Shown here in pieces: positions 47,639-59,549 of a stretch of DNA of 64,000 nt. Below the pieces are notes generated by a model that did not search any database, was not told the origin of the DNA, and saw nothing but the letters and a program-made list of their open reading frames with translations. The translations under genes were made by a program, and so were the position numbers. Position 1 is the first letter of the stretch. Each line of letters opens with the position of its first letter. This DNA is from Utricularia gibba (Eukaryota > Plantae > Magnoliophyta), in contig NEEC01000009.1 in NCBI GenBank assembly GCA_002189035.1, forward strand, positions 3,038,001-3,102,000, in the 5' to 3' direction.

Positions 47639-49656
47639 TCAAAACTGTTTTCTCTTGTTCCTAAACAATCTGTCTCTTTTCAGGGATACATAAACTATCA
47701 GAGCAACCACTCCAAACCACACCAGAAATGTCTTCCAGGGGAAAGGTGGCTCCTTGAAACAAACAAGGGAAGCCTCCAGCTCCTGAGTTGCCTGGTAAAC
47801 CAGCGAATGCATGGCATACAGGTCGTGGTCCGAAGATCGGGCAAAGTACAGAGCCATCTCATAGTCAAAGTGGGATATGGCAGAAATGGACTTCTGTAGC
47901 TTGTACCTAAACAAGTTCCATCTCTGCAAAAACTCAGTGTGCCGGCTGTGTCTCAGAAGATCTCCATCACCACCATGAGCTGCAATGGAGTCTAGAATGT
48001 CGAGTCCGCTGGAAATGCTGTAGTTTAAGTAAGTCAAGAGAACGTTCCTCCGGGCAGCATCCTTCTGAACAAAGGACAGTGAAGATATCTCGGAAAAGGG
48101 CCCAAAAGGAGTATGTCCAACACTCCATGTGTAGTCAACTAGAGAACTATTATGACTAGGGCTCCAGACCAGATGCGTTGGAGATACACCCCACATACTT
48201 TGGAGAATGGAACCGATGAGTGGTCTTTCAAGGTCACGAGCCTGTGTAAAAACATGATGGCCATTGCAACTATAGTCACTAACAGTATGACTATTCTTAG
48301 TCCTCACTGCAATTACCATATCCTTGAATGCCACGGATTGATGATAACGATCAAGCAAAAGTAATGTATTGACATCAAGATCAAAAACATAGACAGGAAG
48401 AAATCTGCCAAATTCCTCCTCGGGCAGGTTGCCGGCTTTTCTAAATTCCACAACTGACTCCAAAATGGACTGATGCAACCGCTTTGAGTCCAAATACTCG
48501 CTCACAATCAATGTATAATTATCAAACAAGTACCTCGATGTATAGGATGTTGTGGCCCTTGAAATAGCAAAAGAACAAATGGAGCACCCAGAGTACTTGA
48601 TCTCATACTTCTTGAAATTCAACTTTTGATCTCCCAACAACAAACCCTTATCACTAATCTCATCATTGAAAGTTTTCTCCACAGAATTCCAGTCTATCTC
48701 AAAAGTATCACCATCACCACGAATATGAATGAACTCAACAACCAACGTATCCTCAAATGGAACTTGAATTCTCAAAGAAGGGACAAGAAGAACCTGATAA
48801 GCACTCAGGACCAAGGAGGCTACTTCAGAAAGCAAAGCCTTATCAGACTTGGGGGGGCCATGGAGAGCCGCGAAAGGATGAAACTCTCCTTTTGGCAACA
48901 CTCCATCGCCGGATAATGCAGGCCCATAGTCAACAGGTCCTGCTCCCAAATCAATCCACAAGTAGCGATTTTTTCCCGTCCAGATGCTGCCCAAGCATTT
49001 GGTATGACCAGGAGAAATATCCCCTGATGAATAGCTGTAACCGTAGTCTCGTTGCTGTCGCCCGAGATGGATAACATAGATATGAAAAGAGTTAACGGGT
49101 TTCTGTTTGTCGAAGTCCTGACTAATGATATCGTCTATGACATTGTAGGGGACGGCAGAGAGGGTACGGCCGAAGGAAGTGGCAGCAGTGGCAAGATGGG
49201 ATTCGAGAGCTTGGGACAAGGAACTAACGAGGGTTCCCAGTGACAGCTTAGCCGAGAGCTGAAGAGAGTGAGAAATCGATAGATGGTGCGCAGAGATGGT
49301 CGAGAATGGCGTGATAACGTGGAAAGGGCCGCCCGAGACGGACGACGCAACGAAGGACGACAGATGCGACGACGAGAAGGAATTGAAAGTGCGACCGACT
49401 AAGTGTACGGTGATTGGGATCGGAATATTGAAGGAGAGAAGTGAGGCGGGGATCGGGGGTGAGCGGTTGAGGGCCGAGCGAGTGGAGTTCTCAGAGAAGA
49501 AGGCATGTACCTAAAGGAATCGTTAGTCGCGTGGGGATCCTTGCGGAATTGGTGGGCGAGGAATGTATCCAGGCCGACAATCGGGCCCGCGGCGGCTGCG
49601 AATCGGAACCCGTCGACGAAAAAGAGGAGCACCAGCAGGAAGACGGCGGCAGACAT
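47639..49656 (-). CDS. Conserved uncharacterised plant protein with signal peptide and C-terminal TM, intronless, -1 frameshift near 49455-49459
   Basis: MSAAVFLLVLLFFV signal, PIVGLDTFL...NDSF, then in the -1 frame a continuous ORF with RYLWIDLGAGPVDYGPALSGDG and GILQSMWGVSPTH-like motifs ending TM + KRDRLFRNKRKQF. Confidence 0.8.
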
Positions 49657-49914
49657 TCTGGATGTCAATCGGAGAACCCGCCGGTACGGCAGAATAAGGG
49701 TTTTCGAGCCCAAATAACAGATAACAACACTGGAACTTTGCTTAAATCGTATCTTCCGAACCGGGAATCTGATGGGCTTTTCTCTTCTATACGAAAATAA
49801 AAACCCGGTTTTCAGCCGGTTCAAAAACCGGGAAAACAACAAAATGTACATACGTTAAGAGCCGTTGTTCTCCTACCCAAATGTAACTCTTTTCTTTCTT
49901 TGAAAATGAGCAGA

Positions 49915-52900
49915 TCATGAGCTCTTGAGCAGTTGGTGAAAAGCCTCCTGAGGAATATCAACGGAGCCAACTCGTTTCATCCGCTTCTTCCCTTCCTTTT
50001 GCTTCTCCAACAGTTTCCTCTTCCTAGTGACATCCCCACCGTAGCATTTTGCAAGAACATTCTTCCTCATAGCAGAAATCCTAAGCCAACAGAGCTAACT
50101 CCCTTAGAGCAAGCACACCAAGGTTTGTGTGTTTATAATGGCATGAACAAAGAAGGTTAGCCAGCACTTACGTCTCGCGTGCGATCACCTTTGATCCAAT
50201 GGCAGCTTGTATTGTTATCTCGAACATTTGCCTGTTGAGTTACATAAACATATAAAGTATGGATGTTGGAAGAGGTGCATGAGCCTGAGCAAGTGCACAC
50301 CTTTCTATGAACTTCTTCAGCTTGTCTACAAGCTCACGGCCAACTCGCTGTGCCTTTGATCGATGAATTATGGTGGCCATCGCATCCACCGGTTGTGCAT
50401 TCAGTAAGATGTCGAGCTTTACTAGATCTGAGACTTGATAGCTGTATAAACCTCACTTTGGCTTAATGATCACAGTGGGCGCATTTTTATGAAGCCAATG
50501 GAAAAAGAAGAACTTACTCAGCTTCCTCGTAATCAAAAGATGCATATCCTGACGTTAGACTCTTTAGTTCATTGTAAAAGTCAACCACAATTTCCCTCAG
50601 CGGCAGCCGATACTTCATTAGAGCTCTTTGACTGTCCATAACACATCGGAGTAGAAGATAAGTCAGAGTAAAGCGCCATTTCGGTTATAAACATGATGCA
50701 AATATGGGAACATGGGGAATAATTTATTGGCTTCTTCTATATTCGGGATAGTAAGAGTATGAATAGTCACCTGTCAATGAAGGTGTACTCTAATTGTTCA
50801 CCTCGCCGCTCAGAACACAGGGTGATGATGGAGCCAACATACCTTCAAGCAAGATGATAGCATAGGCCTGTTTAGCCATTTCGAGCGATTATGCTCGACA
50901 AAAAGGTTAAGCCTGAGAGCTTACTCACTAGGAATAATAATAGTTGCTATAACAGTTGGTTCCCAACAAGCTGTAACTCTTTGTTTAGGATTTGAAGGCA
51001 ACATAGCAGGATTCTGAATTTGCATTTTGCTGATGAACAAAAAAAATACGAACATCAATTGGCGTACGTTGAGTGAATACTATAACAGCAAGAAAAAAAA
51101 AAAATTTAAGCATGTACCTCCCATCTGAGAACTCAAAGATGTATGGCACAGTGGGAACAGTGGAAATCACTTGCGCTCCATGTTCCTAAGAAAAGCACAA
51201 AATTCGCTGAAAAGATCACAAAGGGGTATAATAGAACACAAAGGATGAAAAGTCAAAAATCTACCTGCTCGAGTCTCTGATGAAAGACATCCATATGAAG
51301 TAAGCCCAAGAAACCACATCTGCGGATAAACAAGAAATCATCAACACTGACAGTAAGTTATCATCAAAACTGCTAACGATGCTTGCCTAAATCCCAGACC
51401 AAGTGCTGAGCTGCTCTCTTTTGAAACAGATACACTTGCATCATTGCAGGTGAGCCTTTCAATGGCATTATTAAGTTCTTCAAAATCTGAACCATCCGCT
51501 GGATATACACCAGAGAACACCATATGCTTTACTGGCTTGAAACCTTCCAGCAACAATAATCGTAAGAGAGAAAGCGTAAAGCCTCTAGCAAGGAAGCACA
51601 TCAGGATTGAAGCATTACCTGGGAGGGGCTCTACAGACATTCGAGAATGGTAAAGGGTATCTCCAACACGAGCCTCCTTGGTTGATCGCATGCCACTGAC
51701 AACATACCCCACCTGCCCTGTCAGAAGTACTCCAGTGGGTGTAAGTTCAGGGTGCATTATACCAACATCAAAAACTTCATATGACTGGCCAGTTGCAGCC
51801 GAGGAGATCTTGTCACCCTTCCTTAGAGATCCATCAACAATTGCCACGTGGCAGATAACCCCTTTATATTCATCATAATAGGCATCCAGTAAAAGCATGC
51901 GCAGAGGCGAAGTATCTTTCCCGGGTGGAGGGGGTATTTGCTCTATCACAGCGGGAAGGACTTGCTCCAGCCCTTGGCCTGTCTTGGCTGATGTCAAGAG
52001 AGCACCAGCAGGATCAAGATCAAAAATAGACTTTAGCTGTTCTTTAACACGATCTGGATCAGCTGTTGGCTGATCAATTTTGTTAATAACCGGGATCACG
52101 GTAAGATTTGCTTCAAAAGCAAGATAGAAGTTTGCCACCGTCTGGGCCTGGACACCTTGTGCTGCATCAACAACAAGAAGGACGCCCTGACAAGCAGCCA
52201 AAGATCTCGAAACTTCGTAGCTAAAATCCACATGACCGGGCGTATCAATCAAATTCAACAGGAAGCTTGTTTTAGCCCCCTTAGATTTGTATTCATGAAA
52301 CATGGTCGCTGTCTGGGCTTTAACAGTTATACCCCGCTCTCTCTCCACCTAGTACAACAAAGCTATGAACACAGATGGGCAATAACTGAGCATCAACCTA
52401 AACACAGAACTGCAACATCGAAACAATGTATCTCACCTATGAAACAAAAATGTTTCTGGTTGTAAGAAAAACTGACAAACATGATTAAAAATTTAAACGC
52501 AAACAACAACAAAACAAAGGCCATCCACTACATTCTGAAACACAAAAAAAAAAGCAACAGAAATTGATGTGCTTCACTAATAAACGAAAATGAGAAATTC
52601 ATGGCCACCTGCAATTTATCCAAATACTGAGGCTGGCCATGGCCCTTCCGAATGGTTCCCGTGAGCTCTAAAAGACGGTCAGCAAGAGTAGATTTTCCAT
52701 GGTCGACATGCGCAATAATAGAAAAGTTCCGTATTTTATCAGAAGGGTACTGACTCACATCGATGGAGGAATCTTCCCTAAACTGCGACCCGAAAAATGC
52801 ACTCTGATTCCAACCAAGAATTGAATTCCAACACCCAATTGACCCTAATCGTCTGAATCTATGACAGCTGCAAACAGAATTAAGAGACAAAACTGCCTGC

Positions 52901-52938
52901 AAGTTCAGGGTTCTTGAAGCTAACAGGGACGAGCACAT
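49915..52938 (-). CDS. GUF1: Translation factor GUF1/LepA (EF-4), mitochondrial, multi-exon
   Basis: [82 protein letters not shown]; the 52974 ORF start is a GTG, first ATG is 52938. Confidence 0.95.
51320..51386 (-). other. GC-AG intron (67 nt) in GUF1
   Basis: TTTAG|GCAAGC donor and CCGCAG acceptor restore the conserved GLGFRCGFLG. Confidence 0.75.
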
Positions 52939-53866
52939 CTTCGTCCCTTGCAGCACCAGCCAGGTTTCTCTCACCCGGTCGCCCTCTCAAAGTGCCCACG
53001 CCCAACCCAGTAGCAAATTCAATCCAGTCAGGTTCACGCTTTCCATGGGCCAGCGGCCCGTAATTGGGCTTCCGACAAGAGTGGCCCAATTTATTTATTA
53101 AACATCCTATTTTTGTATATTATTTCCCCGTATCCAAATAAAGAAAAAAAACATTCACCAATACTGCATGGATTAGGTCCATGAAAATTTTCAATTTTGG
53201 GGCATTCCTAACTTATTGCAATTATTACACACACCATGTCTTTTTAATTATTATTACATTATTTATTTGGCAATCTTGGGATGATGTGAGTGGCATACAC
53301 ATTATATAATGCATGTGGCTCCACTGAAATGGACAATTGGAAAGTTGAGTCACAGCAAGCAAGAATCTTGATTTCTCTATGGGGATTGGGGAATATGGGC
53401 GGGCCATCCACCACCCCCATTCACTTCCACACCTTTTTTCGTTTTCTTTTCTTTTCTCCGGTGAGAGCCACGTTACTTTAAGGAGGATGATATTATGGAC
53501 GAGACGAGATTACAGACATGGTGATCACGTGTTTCAAAGCGGTCTGAACCAAACCCTGAGCTGGGTCTGGTCTGGGGGGTGGTAGCCATTTGGGGCCAAG
53601 TTGATCATGTCGAGCGGGGGATGGTTCAGTGAATGGTTTGGCGATTAACCCGGAATTAGGTTAGGGTAGATCTGTTGAGGGTAAGACCAGGGTTTGATTA
53701 TGATAAGGCTACTGTACATGGAGTTGCTATTGGTTGATGTGATCTCATCTTTCCGCAGCCATGTTCCAGAAGACTCTATGGCATGAAATTTGGGAACCAT
53801 TTTCGTTGTTTGATGTAAGGACTGCAGTAGCAAGATTAAAGTGGAGGGGGAGATCCTCTTCTTTTT

Positions 53867-54660
53867 CTAATGGAAGTTTTGCTGATCTGTCCATGGCCAA
53901 AAACCGGGGTTTTCTTCGATTCCTCCGAAGAAGTTGCAGAGGCCCTCGCTTCCGGCAGGAGTGGAAGGATTATTTCTTCTTGTCGAGCCGTGGAGGAGCT
54001 CTGTGAAGCCTCCTCCCCCGTGAGCCATCGTCGGAGAGAAGAGTAAGGCGGCGGCGCCGGTATTATCAGCAGTTGCGTTGCTCCATGAACCTTCTGTTTC
54101 CCTGTTGAGATTTATTGCTCCCTCCAATGATTCCCTTTTCTTCAAAGAAAGTATCTGAACATTCGGCAAAACCTAGAATAAATACGTAACTGAAATAACG
54201 TGCTCCGATGAAGCTTTTCACTTTTCAGCCCAACCTGTGACTGAAGGTTCTTGTTCTGGGATTTGAGCGAATCGTTGTCGGCTTTAAGAGCTTCAAACTG
54301 CCGTTTGAGAACATCGTAGTCCTTCTCCAGCTGCTTCGTCTTGGATCTCGCCCGTCGGTTCTGAAACCAGATCGCAATCTGTCGAGGCTGGAGGCCCAAG
54401 GCCCGAGCAAGCTCCATCTTCCGTTCGGGCTCAAGTTTATTCCCCAACTCGAAGCTTTTCTCCAAGGCGCGGACTTGCTCCACGTCCAGCCTCCTCTTCT
54501 TCTCGCCCTGGAACTGGGAGCCGTCGTCGGACATATCATCCTCCGGCGGCACCTCCGCTCCCGAGTAAGAAGCCGACCGCCGCATCAAGAAGCCATGGAA
54601 ATCAGGGGCGGACGGGGATGCCGAGGGAAACTGAGGGATGCTTTCATGGCCCTGAAACAT
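53867..54660 (-). CDS. HD-Zip class I transcription factor, HAT7/ATHB3/ATHB13 clade, 2 exons
   Basis: Exons 54660-54235 and 54155-53867; [53 protein letters not shown]-terminal GFWPWTDQQ. Confidence 0.9.
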
Positions 54661-57006
54661 AGAGGGAGACGAGGTTTGCCGGTGTTGTTCTTCAATGATT
54701 CAGGTATTAAACTAATTCATTTGGTGAAGAAGAAAAAAGCGAGAAAGAGAGAGAGAAGCAAATTTTTATGGAACACAGTGTCGAAAATGGGGTCGCAGAG
54801 CTGGGAGCCAGCGATGATCTCCGTTCGGATAGAGACAGAGACAGTGTGGGAGAACATGAACTGTTAGTTATTTATTTATTAGTGGGAGGTGCTTGTCTTT
54901 TTTTTATTCATTTTTATTTTAAGACCCCCCCTAATTATTCAATAATATTATAATGTTTTAATAATTTTACATGAAAGTATATATAAAAATCTAAGTATGT
55001 GAGTATATGAGTAATATATATATATATATATAATTAACCACTCTTTTATTTTGGCATATTATCAACATGATCAAAAAATGAGTATGTAAATAATATAGTC
55101 ATACAAGATTAACATATATATATTAGTTAATCAAACAATGATTTTTGTGTAAAATTAAATATAAATATTTTATATTATAATATTAAACACCTTCGAGATT
55201 GGTAATTATTTTGCCTTTGACTTAATATCCACTAACATAAAACATTTGTCTAAAAGTATTTATTTACTACCAAAAAGACAATGAATTTTTATACTAAATT
55301 CATTTTCGTTACGGAAATGAATTAATTAGATTAAATTCAAGGGAGCAGATCCGGCCACATGCACAAACCCAAGCCAATGGGATCTTCTCTTGGGTTGTTT
55401 TTCCACATCCACCATCGCCATGTGGTTTCCTGTCGTGCGCTATAAGGGAGGGGGTCTGAGACCCCACCCCGAATGGGCTGGAGATGGCTAGCCGCGACGT
55501 CATCAGTGATATTTCGTGTTTTTATTTTTTTAAAGAAGAATATCTTATATAAAATTAAAATAAGTATTTTATTTTATTACAAATATACAAAAAAAAAAAA
55601 AAAACCCGGGTGGGTGCAGGGTGTACGGGAATGGGAGTCAAAAAGGAGGAGAGGAAGGGGATGAAACTTTTGGGATGGTAACAAAGAAGTTCCAGAAATA
55701 CTGAAACCTGAAGAGAGTTGGGTAGGGGGTGCACCGCACAGAAGAAGGAAACGAAGAATGGGCTGAAAGCACAGTCACCGGAAAACGTCCTTCTCATCTC
55801 CTCTCCTCTCTGCTCCTTGCTACGCGGGTTCATGTTTGGTGGATGCATCAAAACGGAAACCCATCTCCCAGTTCACAGAAACAAGGAACCAGCCTCTTGC
55901 CTACCACCGCCGATGATGCCCAGCATGCCCTCCTTTCCTCTCCTACAATGCTGCACAACCCCGGGGTAGGAGCCCACATCTGGTGTGGGAATTGAAGTTA
56001 TTTAGAAATCTGATTGTTAGAATATATAATATTACATTAAAAAATTAAAATGTAATAATCAAATATATATTAAACTATAGATCATAAATAATTGATTGAA
56101 TTTAATTTTTTTTAAATATGATTTATATTTTTTATGTCTTGAATTTCACGTGTACTTATACGATCCATTGAATCATGAATTTTAATACTGATCACCCTAT
56201 TTTACTATTGTGTGAAAAATCTGTAAATTATGGAAATTTGATCATGATGACAAAAATCGAGCACATTTGATGTTAATTTTTCATCTTATGTATGAGAAAT
56301 AAATAATGAACGATCAAGTATGTAAATGGACTATCACAAGATATGTGACTAAGATATTAAAAGTAAATATAATATGATAGGTTTGGAACAAGTTAAATAA
56401 GATGGATATTATATATATATATATATAAACAAAAATTAGATTAGTAATCAATATCATTCACATTTTAATTCAACATAATTGATGCTAAGATCTGAAGCAT
56501 ATGATTAGAATGGAATATTCTATGCGTTTCCATGACACATACAACAATGGTATGATGTGTATGTAAATCATTTAGCAGATGAGATGAGGTCACATAGACT
56601 TTTTTTGCATTTCCGTACATCTGACGAAGTTAAAAAAATAAGATAGTAATAATTAAACTCTTTTTTTGCATTTAGTAGGTATTAAAATGAGATGATATAA
56701 AAAATGAATACTTTGAACATGTTTAATTTGATTGATTAAGACGTTGAAAATATATGATGTAATTATTAAATTAAAATAAAAACCTTTTTATAAAGGACAT
56801 TTTTGTCCAGAATTTTTTTTAACGATTTTGTAAAAAATTATATATTTTTATTTTTCCACATTAATATGAGGAATTAATGAGGAAAAGAATTGTCATTGGC
56901 CCGGCTCCACCAGGCCCGGCCCGTCCGTACTCAAAACATATAGGGCCAACATCGAGTGTATCAGGGTGGCCCATGAGAAACTGGACCTGTGGACGCGCAC
57001 ACCACT

Positions 57007-57064
57007 CACGTGACCACGTGCAGTGCTACGCGTGTGGACGGGCTACCGGTGGCCCACGTGACCA
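57007..57064. promoter_or_regulatory. Cluster of three G-boxes (CACGTG) in a GC-rich island
   Basis: CACGTG at 57007, 57015 and 57055; CACGTGACCA occurs twice; flanks are very AT-rich. Confidence 0.55.
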
Positions 57065-58152
57065 TACCATAGTTATGAACAACCAAACCATGATTAAGAC
57101 AAACAAATCTTTTGGTTAACCTGGGGGGGGGGGGATATCAAAACTTTCCATTTTCGTTTTCAAAATTTTTATTATATATTTCTATCAATTTAATTCAATC
57201 CCATTTATATAATATATACATTTTATTATTAGGGAAAATGGTAAAAATTCACAGTTTGAAATGTTGTAGTGATTATATATATTTCATTTTTTATTTGCAA
57301 AAAAGGGAAAAGGCGATCCAAATAAACCAGGCACATGCAGGGAAGTGGGGTCCATTGTTTTTGACTTTTTTCAATCTACTTTTAGAAATTAGAAATCATC
57401 TTCACTCCCATTTTTATATTTTCACTTTCTTAAATCATGAATTTTATACTTTTTTACTGTATTTTAGTACAATTTAAAAGAATTCTACTTTATTCTTCCC
57501 TTTTTTGCATTAATTTTCAGTTTAACACATGTAAAAAGAAAATAAATATTAAAAAAACATATTGTATATTCTTTAAGTTAAATGACCAATCATATTCAAT
57601 TGGACTCTATTTTCAACTTTAATCAATATTTTAAAATAATGTTAAATTCTATTATGATTTTGAGTTAATGCATTAAATTTATTATGAAAAATAAAAAATA
57701 ATTATCTGAATGTTTTAACCCTTTATAAAAATTATTAAATGGAATTAAAAAATGATGAATTGTCTTTGTTTCTCTACACTAGGATAGAGGAATAGTCCAT
57801 GTGGTCAAAGAGGATATTACGAAATTGTGAAGGGTCACATTGCTAATAAATTAAATGAGTAGTCCACCTTGCCCCCTCTCTCTAGATATGCAAATTCATC
57901 ACCTCATTTATTTATGGAATTCACATTCAAATTTCAAATTGAAATTAGACCCAAATAATAACCGTAAAAATAGAGTTTTTTATTTACAAAATCTAAATAT
58001 TAAAACATTTGACGATTCAGTGGGTGGGATATGAAAAAGGGGTGACCGGCGATTGGCTGGAGCCATTGAAGCATTGGCTTGGCGGATGGGCTGTACACAC
58101 GCTACACTGCCGCGGCGTCGACGGTGTTCTTGTTGGATTCTTACACAGTTCC

Positions 58153-58160
58153 TATAAATA
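58153..58160 (+). promoter_or_regulatory. Putative TATA box of the glutaredoxin-like gene
   Basis: CCTATAAATA about 340 nt upstream of the ATG, followed by a pyrimidine-rich leader. Confidence 0.45.
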
Positions 58161-58497
58161 ATTAGGTGTCTCATTGTTGCTGATCTTCGGATTGGGATGA
58201 TGTGAGAAGGGGCAGCCGCTGAAGGGGTGTTTTCGTTTTCTGGTACTTTTTCAGTTTCCACGTCCCCTTCTTCATCTTCTTCTTCTTCTTTTTGCTGTGT
58301 TGGTTTGTTCAGATTTCCTTCTCGTTTTCCAGAAGAGTGAAGTTGGTTATATGGTTTTTGGTGGATGTGATCATCGGCTGAACTTTATTTCCCCGATGCG
58401 TTTCTCTGGATTTCTCCGATCGAATTTGGTGGATTCGGGTTAGTTCCAGGGGCACAAGAATCTGGTTTTTTTTTTCTTTGGGGTCGGTTTTAAGGTT

Positions 58498-59549
58498 ATG
58501 GGGTGCACGTCGTCGAGAAGTGAAGTTTGCCCAAATTGTCAGACTACTTATTTGCCGGTGCGTCGGAGCAGCTCCTTGAGGGGGGTGGAGAAGAGTCACC
58601 GGAGGAAGAAAACAGGGGATTATATTCACACGCATCACCTAGTCTCGCTTACTTCGTCTACTCTGGGTTCCCTGAATCTTGATCCGTCGATTCAAGAAGA
58701 TGGTCGCTCGTCGAGATTTGAAATTGGATTGATCGAAGCCAAGACTTGGTCTAAGATGATCGAAGAGAAAATCCCCAAAACCACTCCCAAAACGCCGGTT
58801 TTCACGCCGCCGGGGGAGCCGGAGAAGATCAACGCTTGGGAATTAATGGAGGGCCTGGAGGAAATCAACAGCCCATTAAGACCTTCTCACCATTTTCGCA
58901 CCTTATCCTTGAATGTCCCCCCAATCTACTCCGACGACGATTCTCCGAAACAAGAATTTTCAGATTCAGCAGAATCCGAATTCGACCCCGACGTAATCGC
59001 CGCATTCCGGCGAGCATTACAGGACGTCCCTCCGGCGAGCCCTTTCCCCCCCAACCCCAAGAGGGACAAAGTAATCGTCTACTTCACAAGCCTAAGGGGC
59101 GTGAGAAAGACATACGAAGACTGCTGTCAAGTTCTAGCCATCTTAAAAGCAATCGGAGTTCGAATCGACGAACGAGACGTATCAATGCATTCAGGGTTCA
59201 AAGAGGAGCTCAAGGATCTCCTCCGCGACTGCGGCGGCTACGGCAGCCGACTACCCAGAGTGTTCATCGGAAACAGGCACGTCGGCGGGTGGGAGGAGAT
59301 TCGAAGGATGAACGAGGAGGGGGGTTAGCACAAATGTTCGAAGGATGCCAAAGAGACGAAGACGACGACAAGTTCTGCGACGTCTGCGGCAACATCAGAT
59401 TCATCCCCTGTCAGAAATGCTCAGGCAGTTGCAAAATCTTGTATGAGGAAGATGAGGAAGAAATGTATGATGAGGAAGATCATGGCTTCCATCGATGCCC
59501 CGACTGCAATGAAAATGGTCTGCTTCGTTGTCCCCATTGCTGTGATTAG
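58498..59549 (+). CDS. Glutaredoxin-like protein with C-terminal CxxC zinc-binding domain, intronless, -1 frameshift at 59319-59324
   Basis: MGCTSSR start, HHLVSLTSSTLG, INAWELMEGL, YFTSLRGVRKTYEDC, ERDVSMH, LPRVFI; in the -1 frame CDVCGNIRFIPCQKCSGSCK...RCPDCNENGLLRCPHC. Confidence 0.88.
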
